Below are positions 1 through 10,042 of a DNA stretch of 48,648 bases, one piece after another. The stretch lies in the IMG/VR virus record IMGVR_UViG_3300011444_000003, positions 1 to 48,648 of that record; one strand, given 5' to 3'. The stretch's first letter is position 1, and every line of letters begins with the position of its first letter. This DNA comes from a virus. Its lineage: Duplodnaviria; Caudoviricetes. The notes beneath the pieces are model-generated. The model was not told the origin of the DNA, did not search any database, and saw only the letters and a program-made list of their open reading frames with translations. The translations under genes were made by a program, and so were the position numbers.

Positions 1-123
1 CGTGCGGCGTTTGGCGCTGTCGGAGCCCCTGTACCAGGCCAGCGGCCAGTCGGGGACGGCGTCCTGGGCCTCGTGGGCCCAGTGGTGGAGGACGTTGGCC
101 GGCGTCACGATCAGCGTGCGGCC
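1..123. repeat. Direct terminal repeat, left copy (identical to 48526-48648); circular-assembly overlap
   Basis: Bases 1-123 (cgtgcggcgt...gtgcggcc) equal 48526-48648. The repeat lies inside the helicase ORF, which reads through the junction. Confidence 0.95.
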
Positions 124-255
124 GGGCCTGCCGGCGGCGAGAGTCAGCGACGTGGCGGTCTTTCGGGTGCCGGGAGGGTCACCGTAGATGGCCCTCCCAG
201 CGGTCCCGAGGAACCCGAGCGCCTGCTCTTGGAACTCAGCGAGTGCTCGGGGCAT
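1..255 (-). CDS. SNF2/SF2 helicase, N-terminal part (continues at 48525 to 47350 across the junction; about 476 aa total)
   Basis: My translation from ATG 255 is MPRALAEFQEQALGFLGTAGRAIYGDPPGTRKTATSL...TLIVTPANV, which joins in frame with track ORF 47350..48633. It has a Q motif and a Walker A-like GTRKT. Confidence 0.85.
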   Translation of the reverse strand, partial: MPRALAEFQEQALGFLGTAGRAIYGDPPGTRKTATSLTLAAGRPGRTLIVTPANVLHHWAHEAQDAVPDWPLAWYRGSDSAKRRT

Positions 256-260
256 GCGTC

Positions 261-743
261 CTACTGCTGGTTGGCGTTAGCCACCATGTTCCACCTGTAC
301 CCCGAGTAGTTGTACCCAGGGCCGAGCACCGGGCTGGTGCAGTACGGGTGGTTGCTGATGGACACCCACAGGTAGCGGACAGGGCTCTGGGGCTGAGCCC
401 AGAAGTCACCCCACGGCGGACCCCAGGAACCGATGACGGCCCCCCGGTAGCCTGCCGAGCAACCCGTCAGCACGTACCCGTGGCTCGCCTCGACGTAGTA
501 GTCGAGGCCCGAGCCCCGGCGCAACTGGCCGTTGACCCGAATCCACGTGTAGCACTCTGGGCTACCGTCGCCTGTGTTGTAGGCGTCGCAGGAGATGTTG
601 CCGCCCGCCCGCTGAGTGTCGATGACGCTCAGCCCCGGGAAGGTGTAGTCGGCGTGAGCCTGCGACCCGGTTAGGGCCACCGCCCCCGCAACGGTGGAGA
701 TGACGAGCGCACAGGCGCCCAGCCATCGAAGTACACGGCCCAT
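261..743 (-). CDS. Secreted hypothetical protein (Sec signal peptide, Cys-containing)
   Basis: Basic-hydrophobic N-terminus with an AHA cleavage site. Strong SD AAGGAGGT upstream. Confidence 0.65.
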   Translation of the reverse strand: MGRVLRWLGACALVISTVAGAVALTGSQAHADYTFPGLSVIDTQRAGGNISCDAYNTGDGSPECYTWIRVNGQLRRGSGLDYYVEASHGYVLTGCSAGYRGAVIGSWGPPWGDFWAQPQSPVRYLWVSISNHPYCTSPVLGPGYNYSGYRWNMVANANQQ

Positions 744-799
744 AGGGACCTCCTTGGTGACTCGCTTGTGGCGAGGAGCCCAGTCTACCGGCTACCGGC

Positions 800-1120
800 T
801 CAGGGGGTACACGACTCGCCGAAGTGCCAGAAGTGGTCGTTGACCGGGTCCATCTTGTCGAGGTCGCCGCAGTACATGGTCAGGCCGTTGATGAGCCGGC
901 CGTCGAACCGCCACCACTCTCCGTGAGCCTTGCCCGGGGTGTTCCCGACGAAGACGTAGTTGGTCGTGGCCGGGTCGTGGGGCGGCGGCGGGGACCCGCA
1001 AGCGGCGAGCACGAGGGCTGCCAAACCGGCCCCTACGATCGCCCGTACGGTCCAGCGCCGTGACCCCCTCACTCGGGAGTGCACTCCTGGGAGGCGGCCA
1101 CCTGGCTTGACTGGTGCCAT
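800..1120 (-). CDS. Small predicted lipoprotein (start may be GTG 1072)
   Basis: RRWTVRAIVGAGLAALVLAAC lipobox, then a Pro-rich linker and a small Cys-containing domain. Confidence 0.6.
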   Translation of the reverse strand: MAPVKPGGRLPGVHSRVRGSRRWTVRAIVGAGLAALVLAACGSPPPPHDPATTNYVFVGNTPGKAHGEWWRFDGRLINGLTMYCGDLDKMDPVNDHFWHFGESCTP

Positions 1121-1127
1121 TCTGGGC

Positions 1128-1433
1128 TCAGCGACCGAGGACTGCCTTGGCGACCTCGTCGCCAGCGTCCGCCATCTTCTCCAGAGCGAGCCGGGAGTAG
1201 CGCTCGGCGAGCCGCAGCGCCTCCTTCTCGTCGGCGGGGAACGCCGGGCTGACGAAGGCCCGCACGAGGGCGAAGCCCAGGGCGCTCGCCACGGCGGCGA
1301 TCGAGGCCGAGGCCGGCAGGCTGGTGAGCGTGGCGAGGACGACGGCGAGCACGGCCGAGACGCCTGACAGCGTGGCCGGCACCTCGTTCTGGACTCGCTT
1401 CAGCAGGGCGATGACCTTCTCCATGCCGGTCAC
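1128..1433 (-). CDS. Holin-like membrane protein
   Basis: Two hydrophobic segments followed by VRAFVSP, resembling actinophage holins. It lies in a cluster of small membrane proteins. Confidence 0.5.
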   Translation of the reverse strand: MTGMEKVIALLKRVQNEVPATLSGVSAVLAVVLATLTSLPASASIAAVASALGFALVRAFVSPAFPADEKEALRLAERYSRLALEKMADAGDEVAKAVLGR

Positions 1434-1846
1434 TCTACCTTGCAGCCCTCGGCCGCCCGCAGTTGGGCAGCGATGGCCGCCTTCAGCGACTCGGCGTTGG
1501 CCTTGATCCGAGGCAGGAACTCCTCGTAAGCCGCCCGAGCCGAGTTGGCGTCCGTCTGGCCAGCGATGCGCTGGATGGCCAGGGTAACGAAGTCGGCCAG
1601 GTCCACGTTCACGTTGGCCGCAGCGGCCGTGGTACGGGCAGCGGCGTCCCGGTAGCAGCGCTGCTCGGTCGTCAGGGCCCGCACCCGCTCGTCAGCAGCC
1701 GCCCGACCGCCGGCCACGAGGTACAGCGACCAGGTCAGGCTCGCCACGGTCAGCACGGCGGCAATCGCCCCCCACAGGCGCCAGTCCCGCAGCGGCCGCT
1801 TTGGACGGACCACCACTACGGTGCTCTCAGTCATGTTTCTCATCAT
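1430..1846 (-). CDS. Single-pass membrane protein with helical C-terminus (lysis-cluster candidate)
   Basis: TM segment LWGAIAAVLTVASLTWSLYLV followed by an Ala-rich helix. Confidence 0.6.
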   Translation of the reverse strand: MMRNMTESTVVVVRPKRPLRDWRLWGAIAAVLTVASLTWSLYLVAGGRAAADERVRALTTEQRCYRDAAARTTAAAANVNVDLADFVTLAIQRIAGQTDANSARAAYEEFLPRIKANAESLKAAIAAQLRAAEGCKVE

Positions 1847-2078
1847 GGCACCTGGCTAGATCGTCCCTGCACGCATTGAGTCTGTCCCGGGCCACGTCCC
1901 GCTCGGTGCGCACTCGGGTGTAGTCCTCACCGAGCGTCTCCAAGGTCGTGCGCATGATCTGCTGGGCCAGCGTCTCCCCGTCCTGGCTCCGGCCCCAGAG
2001 GGCGGCGAGGCCGGTGACGATGCCGGCGATGGCCACACCGGCAGTCGAGATCAGGAGAGCCAGTTCGCCGCCAGTCAT
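1827..2078 (-). CDS. Small membrane protein with coiled coil
   Basis: N-terminal TM. TAGTCT lies 6 nt before the ATG. Confidence 0.7.
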   Translation of the reverse strand: MTGGELALLISTAGVAIAGIVTGLAALWGRSQDGETLAQQIMRTTLETLGEDYTRVRTERDVARDRLNACRDDLARCHDEKHD

Positions 2079-2087
2079 GCCCCGAGA

Positions 2088-2297
2088 CTACTCGGGCACC
2101 TCGATGTCATGGTCGTTCAAGGTGGTCTCCAACTTGGCGATCGTGGCGTGCAGCACGTCGGACTGGGAGTTGACCAGGACGTGGACCCGCTCCACCGCTC
2201 GCTGGTTGCGCAGGGCGAGGTAGAAGTTGCCCAACGATGTGGCCAGGGCGGCAAGGGCGGCAATGACCGCCGAGAGGGCGAAGGCGAAGGTGGACAT
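2088..2297 (-). CDS. Small membrane protein
   Basis: N-terminal TM and VHVLVNS motif. TAACCT lies 6 nt before the ATG. Confidence 0.7.
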   Translation of the reverse strand: MSTFAFALSAVIAALAALATSLGNFYLALRNQRAVERVHVLVNSQSDVLHATIAKLETTLNDHDIEVPE

Positions 2298-2306
2298 TGC
2301 CCGAGG

Positions 2307-5300
2307 TTACGGGCACTTCACGAAGCGACCGCTTGCGTCCCGGCACGGTGCGCCCTTGCGAGGGCTCACGGGCGTCGGGGTCGAGGTTGACGAAGTACCG
2401 GCCTTCTCCCGGGCCGCCCGGGCCTTCTCGACCTTGGCGTCGTGGGTGGCCTTGGCCTTGGCCGCCTTGTCGGCAGCCGCCTTGTCCTTCTCGGCCTGGG
2501 ACTTCTCGGGCTTCTTGGGCGGCGGGTTCACCTTGGTCTTGGCCTTGGCGATCCGCTCCCGGATCTTGTCCATCTCCTCGGGCGAGTAGATGCGGGGAGC
2601 GCCGAGGTACCGGCCGATGCTCGTGGCGGCGCTCGGGCTCTGCTCGTACACGTCCTTGCCCCGGAGGGTCTGCTCGCCCATGCGGATCAGGGGGACGCCC
2701 CGGATCGTCTCCTGGAGGTCCTTGACAGGGTCGCTCTTGGGCACGGCGTAGCCGGTGGGGCTGTAGCCGTAGGAGTCGGCGAAGCCGCCCTCGGGGGCGC
2801 CCAGGCCGGCCCGTACGAACGAGCCCACAAACGGGTTCATGGCGTCGGCGATCCCGTTCACCGTGGCCAGGCTGCCGGCGTCGAGCAGGGGGTTCCACGG
2901 CCGGGTGTTGATGCCCTGCCCGTGGTTGCCGATGACGAGGCCCTCGTAGGCGCTCGGCAGGATGCCGCCGAACTGGTCCTGGAGGTACTCGGTGTGCTGC
3001 ACGCCCAACTGCTGGAGCAGGCGGGTGGCCAGGGGGTGATCGGCCGGCATCCGGGCGATCAACTTGACCATGCCCTTCTGCCAGGCGTAGAAGGGGAGGA
3101 CCGAGCGGACGAAGCCCCGCTCCAGCGGCCCGAGGTTGCCGTAGTCGACCATCGCCTCGTACGCCCGGTGCAGGGCGGCCTCTCGGGTGGCGCCGGTGCG
3201 CATGGCCCGGTCCATCACGGCGGTGCGGCTGAACTCGTCGACCACCTCGTTGAGCCGGGCGGTCTTCGCCTTCAGGGTGTCCCGGAGCGCCCGGTTCGAC
3301 TCGTGCAGGGCGATGTCCTTCAGGCCACGCCCCACGACGGTGCTGGCTCCCTCCTCGAAGGAGTTGATCGACTGGCCGACGATCTCGGCCGGCATGTTGC
3401 CGGCCCGCACCTTGCGCCAGGCCGATAGCCAGTCCTGCGGGCGCACGCCCTCCAGGGTGGCCAGGATGACGTTGCCGAACAGGTTGTTGACGTACCACTT
3501 CGGGCTCAGGGTCAGCACGAAGGTCCGCCACGGGCTCGTGAAGCGGCGGATCATGCGGAAGGTCCAGTGGTCGTACTCCTTGCTCATCGAGCGCAGGGCG
3601 GTCTTGACCTCCTTGGGGACGATGTACTGGGCGCCCTGGACGGCCTGGTCCTGGACGCTCTTGGTCGTGACCTCCTTGCCGGTGAGCACCCAGTCCCGCT
3701 CGGGGTCCCAGGCGACCCAGCCGTCGGGGATGGCCTGCCCGGGCTTGATCGGCTTCGTGTAAACGCTCTCGATGTGGTCTACCAGGGCGTTCGTCATCTT
3801 CTCGTGGGCGACCTCGACGGCCGCCGAGGCCAGGGCCTCGATGGAGCGGTCAGCGGCGCCGATCTGCACCAGGCGGCCCGAGCGGGCCTTGCGGGTGCCG
3901 GCCTCGATGGCCGTGTCGACACCCTGGCGGCCGAGGCCGAGGTGGCCGAACAACTGCGCCTGGGCCTTGTCCCAGGAGACGTCCTTCAGGTGGGTCGGCC
4001 GGAAGCCCCGAGCCTCGGCCTGGCGAATGACCTCGCTGAAGGTGTCGGGCACGCCCTCCAGCATCGTGGCGATCGAGCCCGTGGGGTCGGCCTTGGCCTC
4101 GTCCATGAGCCCCTGCCAGGCGTCGTACATCGGGCTCCAGGCGGCGTCGGCCGGCTTGCGCACGGCGTCGTGCCGGCGCACAGTGTCCATCGCCTTGGCA
4201 GCGCCCCGCTCCAAGCGGCTGGCCTGGACCTCGGAGTCGGCCAGGCCGTCCATCGCATCGAGCACCCGCTTGTGGCCCTTCTCCAGGGTGCGGATCATGG
4301 CCTGGTTGTGGGCGATGCGCAGGTCGACGGCGTCGGAGGACTTGCGGGCCTCGCCGTACATCCTGGCCCGCTGCATCGACTCGAAGTCCGTCTCCCAGCG
4401 GTAGCGCTTCGTCTCGACGGGGTGCGGCAACTGCCCGCTGAGCGGGTTGTCCAGCGCCTGGCCGGCCTCGGTCGGCGGGGCGAACATGTCGTCCCAGAAG
4501 GCCCGGACGTGCTCGGGCACGTCGCCGACAGCCGAAGACAGGTAGGCGCCGTAGGTCTGCTCCAGGCTGGCGGCGATCTTGCGGAAGGGGGCGTCGAGGC
4601 CGGCCCGGCCAGCGGCCAGGGTGCCTCGGCTGGTGACGTAGCCCATGAGCCCGCCGACGAAGCCCTCCTCGGCCCGCCGCTTGGCGGCGGTCAGCCCCTT
4701 GTCGAGCAGGCCGGGGTACGCCCGGGCGAGCGCCTGGACGTCAGACTCGGGCAGGATCTGGCGCAGCAGGTGGCCGCCCTCGTGGACCAGGGTGCCGAAG
4801 TTGGCGTCCTGGAACAGGCGGACGATCAGGCGGGCGTCGGGGTTCGAGGGCATGACCATCGCCCCGACCAACTTGTCGCCGAAGGACTGGTGGAGTTCGC
4901 CGACCGAGCCCCGGCGGCTCATGTAGTCGGGCTGGACCATCTCGCCCGGCCAGTCGGTGGCGATCTTCTGCGGGGCGAACTCGCCGTGCGTCACGAGGTA
5001 GGCCGTCTGGCCCCGCAACTCGGTGGTCATGGCCCCGAGCGCCTCCTCGGGGAACATCTGGCTGTGCAGGATGAAGGCGATGTTCTCACCGTGCCGGCTG
5101 AAGGTGTTGCCCGCCTGGGCGTGGCCGAAGAAGTCGTGGACCGCCCGGAACTTGTCGTTGACCATGACCCCGTCGGGGTCGACGGCGGACATGAGCGGGT
5201 TGGGCTCATCGCCGGCCAGGGCCGTGCCCCGGATGTTGAGGTGATTGTTCTTCTGGACGTCCTCCCGCATGGCGGCGTGCGCTACCTCGTCGGCCGACAG

Positions 5301-8300
5301 GGTGTTGCCGGGGACGCCGACCCCGCCGTACTCCTGGCCGGGCGGGACGTACTCCACCTGGAGCCGGGGGCCGTCAGGGGCCTGAGTCATCCACTCGTAC
5401 TGCTGCCGGACGTTGTCGACCAGCACGGCGTAGGAGCGCTCGGCCATCGCTCGCTGCTCGGGCGTCATGGATTCCAGGTCCGGCAACTTCTCGTACTGGG
5501 CGGCGATCTCGGCCGTGCGCTGCGGGAGCACTCGGACGGTCGTGTCAGTGAACTCGGGACGAGGAAGGCCGTGGGCTCGGTTGTAGCGGCCAGCCATCGA
5601 GGAGGTGTACCGAGTCAGCCAGTCGTTCGGCGCCGGCACTGCCCGGGCCTTGTTGGTGGCCAGGCGCTCGGCCGCCAGGGCCTGACTCGTGCCGGCCTCG
5701 GTCATCGAGCGGGCGCCCTCGACAGCCATGCTGCCGCCCGAGGGGCCCAGCAACTTGGGCTTCCACGCTGCTGCGTAGTCGTTCAGCAGGCGGGTGGCCT
5801 CGGCGCCGTCGCCGGCCCGCACAGCCGCACGGATCTTGGGGAGGACGTCGCCCTCCCAGACGTTCAGGCTGTCCAACTTCTGGCCCAGGATCTTGGCGTC
5901 GTCCGCCACCTCGTAGCGGGTCTCGGCCGTCTGCCAGTCGTCGGGCAGCATGGCCAGGCTCTCCCGGTCCTTGGCCGTCATCACGGCGGACTCCACCGGG
6001 CTGGAGACGTCGGTGGCCATGAGCCGGGCGTACTCGCCCTGGAGATCGTTGGGCGGCGTCTCGCCGTGCTTGGCGTAATCCCGGACCTGAGCGGCGACCT
6101 GCTTGCGCTGCGTGCGCACGTCCTGGGCGTAGAGGCTGTGGCTCAACTCCTCGTCCCAGTAGTCCTTCAAGGGGTCCCAGCCGGGGCCGGGGTGCTGGGC
6201 GCCTTCGATGGCCCGGCCGATCTCGTCCATCGCCACGTCGTGGTGGGCCAGGAAGCGGCCCCAGTCCTGGCGGCCCACCTCCTGCTTGGCGTAGACCCAG
6301 AGGAGCGCCTGCACCTCGTGCGGCCGCACGTCCCGGCCCAACTTCTGGGTCAGGTCGGCGGCCTGCTCCCGGATGCCCCGGGCGTACTGGCCGTAGGTGC
6401 CGCCGCCGGCCCAGTCGGTGCCGTCGAGGCCGTACAACTGCGCCATGACACTGTCGAGTGTCACGGCGGTGGAGTCGGCCGGGTTGGCGAGGTTATCTCG
6501 GAAGGACCGCAACTTGGCCAGCGCCTTCGAGCCGTGGTACTCCATGAGCGCCCGGTCGTGCGCCTGGGCGATCTCGGGGAAGTTCGCCAGGAGCGTGTCC
6601 TCTTGGGCGGCCAGGGTCCGGGCCTCCCGGGCGAAGTCGATCCTGCGGGGGACACGGGCCAGTTCCCGGGCCTGCTTCTCGGTGGCCCCGCCCTTCTTGA
6701 AGGCGCTCACCCGGGCCTTCATGTCGAGCATCTCCTCGTGCGCCCGCTGGAAGCCCTGGTAGGCGGCGTGCGCCGGGGTGCCCTCGACGAGCCCGTCGGC
6801 GACGAGCGAGCGGGGCATGTTGGTGGCGGCCAGGCCCTTGTTGACGCCGGTCCACGCCTCGGGCAGGGCGGCGATGTCGGCCGTGTCGGCCTTGCTCAGG
6901 TCCAACTTCCCGGTCAGGATGTCGATGACGTTCTGCTTGGGAGCGGCGATCATGCTCGTCGACTTCGACAGGTCCCGGAGTTCGGGGATCTCGCTGAAGC
7001 GGCGGGCGACCTCGGCCGTCGAGGCGAAGCCCGTCGGCGTCGGGCCCCGGCCCGGGGGCGTCTCCTCGATGCGCTTCATGAGGGCCTTGGCCGCCCGCAT
7101 GGCGTTGGCCTGGCCCTTGCGCCAGTCGGACATGTTGGCGACGGCCATCATCGCCCGGCCCAGGTTCTGCTTGGGGTTCGCCATCACCGAGGTCACGGCC
7201 AGGAGGTCGTAGAAGACGTCGGCCGAGTCCCGGACCGTGCCGTTGAGCATGGTCATCGGCTTGCCCCGGTACAGCCCCTCGACGTAGTCGTGGGAGTCGT
7301 AGTACCAGGACAGGGATTCGCTGACCTGCTGCGGGTTCAACTCGGCCAGGGCTCGGCCCGTGGCTTCCTCGGTGCTCAGGTTCAACACGGTCTGGGCCAG
7401 GTACTGGGCGGACGGGGCCCGGACCCCGGCCTGCACCTCGGCGCTCTTGAAGAACTCCCCGAGCGGGGTGCCCTTCGTGGCGTGCATCCCGTAGTCCCAG
7501 TTCATCCAGATCTGCATGACGCCGTCGGCGGTGCTGGCAGGAAGGCCGACCGCCTTGGCGGCGTCGACTGCCTCGTGCCACGTCCGCAGCAGCGGGCTCT
7601 TGCCCGGGTTGGCCAGGACGTCGTTGTGGTAGATCTTGGCCAGGGCCTGCATGTCGGCGTTGCCCGACAGCGTGAGGTCGCCCTTCGCCGTGATGTCGTA
7701 CAGCGCCTGCTGGCCACGAGCCTCGCCCATGAGGATGGCCAGTTCCCGATCGTCGACCGTGGTGCTGATGTCCCCGGCGATGCGGCCCAGGCCGTTGTCG
7801 TCGGTGTAGGTCCACAGGCCCAGCCGGGCGTCCGGGTGGTACCACGCCTCCAGGTTGTCTCGGACGATGCCCCGCAGGATCTCGTCGGAGTTGGCGGCGA
7901 ACTCCTCGTAGGGCATGTCGATCAGGTCCCGGGCCGTCCCGGTCATCCCGCCCACGGCGTAGCCCGTGTCGCCGAGCGCCGGCTTGCCGGTGGCGACGTC
8001 GAAGGTCGTGCCCCCGTTCAGAGTCAGGTCGGCCTTGATGGCCTCGATGGTGCGGTCGATCTTCAGCACGCCAGGAGGTACCGGCTGGTGCAGTTCGCTG
8101 GTGCGCACGCTGATCTCGTCGAGCCGCTTACGCAGGTCGCCCACGGCCGTCTTCCTCGTCTCGATCACACCGCTCAACTTCTCGGCCTTGGCGGCCAGGG
8201 CCAGGCGCTCGTCCGGCGCCCGGTCCCGCAGGTCGGCGGCCCGCTTCAGGTCACGGCGGGCCTTGTTCAGCCGCTTCAGGTCGGGACCGCTCAGAAGTGG

Positions 8301-10025
8301 AGCATCTGTTTCAAGAACGGCGTCCTCCAGGCCGCTGGCGCCGGCCCGGCTGGACAGCAACTCGTTCAGGCTGGACTTGCGCTGGTCCCGCCAGGCGACC
8401 ACGGCCTGGTCGATGGCCTCGTTTACACGCTGCGCAGCCTCCGGGCCCAGGCGAGCCGTCATCTCGGGCGTGAGCCCCTCGAAGCCCCGGCGAGCCTGGA
8501 GCCGCAGAGCGTTGGCGGCCTCGGCGTTGCCGCCGTCTCGGATGACCGTCTCGAACCAGTCGGTGCCGTCGAGGCGAGCGCCGATCTCCTCGCCGATGAT
8601 GCGGGACACCTCGAAGCGGTCCAACTCAGGCACCGTGCGCAGGATGTCCTCGGCCGCCGTCTTGGCGGCCACGACGGCCGGGGACGCCTGGGCGACCTTC
8701 TGCGCCATGCGCACGTTGCGGCCGAGGTCCTGGGTGACCTTGGCCAGGCGGCGCTTGTTCACGAAGGGGGCCCCGGCGGCCAGGATGCGGTTGACGGGGT
8801 CGGGCAACTTCGAGGTGATCCAGGTGGCCCACGGGGCCGGCGGGCGGGAGGCCAACTGCGTGGCCAGGGTGGCTGCCTCGGGCGCCGGGCTGGCGACCCG
8901 GGCGTCGTGGACGGCGTTGTCGACCGCCGCCATGTGGGCGTCCTTCAGGCCAGGGGTGGTGGCCTCGGCCAGGGTCTTCCCGGCCCGGGTGGCCTCGGTG
9001 GTCGTCAGAGCCCCGGCAGCCTCCTCGGCGGTGGGGGCGATGCCGGCGGCCGTCTTCACGATCTCGGCGGCTCGTGGCACTCGGGTGGCGAGGTCCTCGA
9101 CGAGGCCAGGGCGGACCTTCTCGGCGGCGGCCCGCATGACGTCGCCCACGCTGCGGGCGGCCGTGGCGTAGGGGTGGGCGATGGGGTCGAGGTGCTCGGC
9201 GGCGCCGGCCAGGCGCTCGGCCGTGCCCAGGGCCCCGCCCCGCTCGGCCAACTTGGCGCCTGCGCCAAGGGCGCCCTTGGCGGCGCCAGCAGCGAGGGAG
9301 ACGTTGCCGACGTCCTCGATGGCGGCCGGGATGATGCCCCGCTCGTGCGCCTTCTCGGCGAAGTCCTTGGGGCGGTACTGGTCACCGCCGAGGGCCTCAG
9401 CCACGGCGTCCGAGTAGGAGTCCTTGATCGAGCGGCCCTTGCCGGAGCCGCCGCCCGGGGTGCCCATGCCGCCGGGGCTGACGTTCGGAACGGCGTTCTT
9501 CACTGTGCCAGCGACAGACGAGACGAGCCCCTTGCCCGCCCGGGACCAGACCTGGCCGGCGGGCTGGCCGCCGGGGGCGAGCGAGGACGCCATCTGGCCG
9601 ATGCCGGTCAGGCCCTGGCCGATCTCCTTGAACGCCTGGCCGATGCCCAACTTGAAACCGCCCTTGCCCGAGCCCTGGACGGGCTTGGGGGCGGCCTTCT
9701 TGATGGCGTCTCGGGCATCGCCGGTGATCTTGCCGCTAGCAGTCGCCCCCGCCAGAGCGGACAGCGCCGGGTGACCCGGTGCCGGCGTGCTCGTCTGGCG
9801 GGGAGCGGAGTAGCCCCTCGTGGGGGCGGCCGTGCGCACACCCTTGCGGGAGCGCCCGGAGGAGGCAGCAGCCTCGGCCTGGCGGTCGCTCAGGATCTTC
9901 TGCTGCGTGGTGCGCTCGAACGTGCCGGCGCTGGCGTTGGACGTCGACTTGCGCCCGTCGACCTCGTCCAGCCAGTGGCTGCCCCCGAGGCGTGCGAGCA
10001 CGGGGTTGACCCGAGGAGTCGGCAT
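2307..10025 (-). CDS. Giant (2,572 aa) internal virion/ejection protein of large-polyvalent-protein type
   Basis: Follows the adaptor, nozzle and small ejection genes as in podoviruses. Ala-rich. Contains HEGGH, FRAVHDFFGH and a C-terminal DYGNL...LPFYAW region typical of large podoviral internal proteins. Confidence 0.7.
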   Translation of the reverse strand: MPTPRVNPVLARLGGSHWLDEVDGRKSTSNASAGTFERTTQQKILSDRQAEAAASSGRSRKGVRTAAPTRGYSAPRQTSTPAPGHPALSALAGATASGKITGDARDAIKKAAPKPVQGSGKGGFKLGIGQAFKEIGQGLTGIGQMASSLAPGGQPAGQVWSRAGKGLVSSVAGTVKNAVPNVSPGGMGTPGGGSGKGRSIKDSYSDAVAEALGGDQYRPKDFAEKAHERGIIPAAIEDVGNVSLAAGAAKGALGAGAKLAERGGALGTAERLAGAAEHLDPIAHPYATAARSVGDVMRAAAEKVRPGLVEDLATRVPRAAEIVKTAAGIAPTAEEAAGALTTTEATRAGKTLAEATTPGLKDAHMAAVDNAVHDARVASPAPEAATLATQLASRPPAPWATWITSKLPDPVNRILAAGAPFVNKRRLAKVTQDLGRNVRMAQKVAQASPAVVAAKTAAEDILRTVPELDRFEVSRIIGEEIGARLDGTDWFETVIRDGGNAEAANALRLQARRGFEGLTPEMTARLGPEAAQRVNEAIDQAVVAWRDQRKSSLNELLSSRAGASGLEDAVLETDAPLLSGPDLKRLNKARRDLKRAADLRDRAPDERLALAAKAEKLSGVIETRKTAVGDLRKRLDEISVRTSELHQPVPPGVLKIDRTIEAIKADLTLNGGTTFDVATGKPALGDTGYAVGGMTGTARDLIDMPYEEFAANSDEILRGIVRDNLEAWYHPDARLGLWTYTDDNGLGRIAGDISTTVDDRELAILMGEARGQQALYDITAKGDLTLSGNADMQALAKIYHNDVLANPGKSPLLRTWHEAVDAAKAVGLPASTADGVMQIWMNWDYGMHATKGTPLGEFFKSAEVQAGVRAPSAQYLAQTVLNLSTEEATGRALAELNPQQVSESLSWYYDSHDYVEGLYRGKPMTMLNGTVRDSADVFYDLLAVTSVMANPKQNLGRAMMAVANMSDWRKGQANAMRAAKALMKRIEETPPGRGPTPTGFASTAEVARRFSEIPELRDLSKSTSMIAAPKQNVIDILTGKLDLSKADTADIAALPEAWTGVNKGLAATNMPRSLVADGLVEGTPAHAAYQGFQRAHEEMLDMKARVSAFKKGGATEKQARELARVPRRIDFAREARTLAAQEDTLLANFPEIAQAHDRALMEYHGSKALAKLRSFRDNLANPADSTAVTLDSVMAQLYGLDGTDWAGGGTYGQYARGIREQAADLTQKLGRDVRPHEVQALLWVYAKQEVGRQDWGRFLAHHDVAMDEIGRAIEGAQHPGPGWDPLKDYWDEELSHSLYAQDVRTQRKQVAAQVRDYAKHGETPPNDLQGEYARLMATDVSSPVESAVMTAKDRESLAMLPDDWQTAETRYEVADDAKILGQKLDSLNVWEGDVLPKIRAAVRAGDGAEATRLLNDYAAAWKPKLLGPSGGSMAVEGARSMTEAGTSQALAAERLATNKARAVPAPNDWLTRYTSSMAGRYNRAHGLPRPEFTDTTVRVLPQRTAEIAAQYEKLPDLESMTPEQRAMAERSYAVLVDNVRQQYEWMTQAPDGPRLQVEYVPPGQEYGGVGVPGNTLSADEVAHAAMREDVQKNNHLNIRGTALAGDEPNPLMSAVDPDGVMVNDKFRAVHDFFGHAQAGNTFSRHGENIAFILHSQMFPEEALGAMTTELRGQTAYLVTHGEFAPQKIATDWPGEMVQPDYMSRRGSVGELHQSFGDKLVGAMVMPSNPDARLIVRLFQDANFGTLVHEGGHLLRQILPESDVQALARAYPGLLDKGLTAAKRRAEEGFVGGLMGYVTSRGTLAAGRAGLDAPFRKIAASLEQTYGAYLSSAVGDVPEHVRAFWDDMFAPPTEAGQALDNPLSGQLPHPVETKRYRWETDFESMQRARMYGEARKSSDAVDLRIAHNQAMIRTLEKGHKRVLDAMDGLADSEVQASRLERGAAKAMDTVRRHDAVRKPADAAWSPMYDAWQGLMDEAKADPTGSIATMLEGVPDTFSEVIRQAEARGFRPTHLKDVSWDKAQAQLFGHLGLGRQGVDTAIEAGTRKARSGRLVQIGAADRSIEALASAAVEVAHEKMTNALVDHIESVYTKPIKPGQAIPDGWVAWDPERDWVLTGKEVTTKSVQDQAVQGAQYIVPKEVKTALRSMSKEYDHWTFRMIRRFTSPWRTFVLTLSPKWYVNNLFGNVILATLEGVRPQDWLSAWRKVRAGNMPAEIVGQSINSFEEGASTVVGRGLKDIALHESNRALRDTLKAKTARLNEVVDEFSRTAVMDRAMRTGATREAALHRAYEAMVDYGNLGPLERGFVRSVLPFYAWQKGMVKLIARMPADHPLATRLLQQLGVQHTEYLQDQFGGILPSAYEGLVIGNHGQGINTRPWNPLLDAGSLATVNGIADAMNPFVGSFVRAGLGAPEGGFADSYGYSPTGYAVPKSDPVKDLQETIRGVPLIRMGEQTLRGKDVYEQSPSAATSIGRYLGAPRIYSPEEMDKIRERIAKAKTKVNPPPKKPEKSQAEKDKAAADKAAKAKATHDAKVEKARAAREKAGTSSTSTPTPVSPRKGAPCRDASGRFVKCP

Positions 10026-10042
10026 GGGCCGACCTTAGCCCG

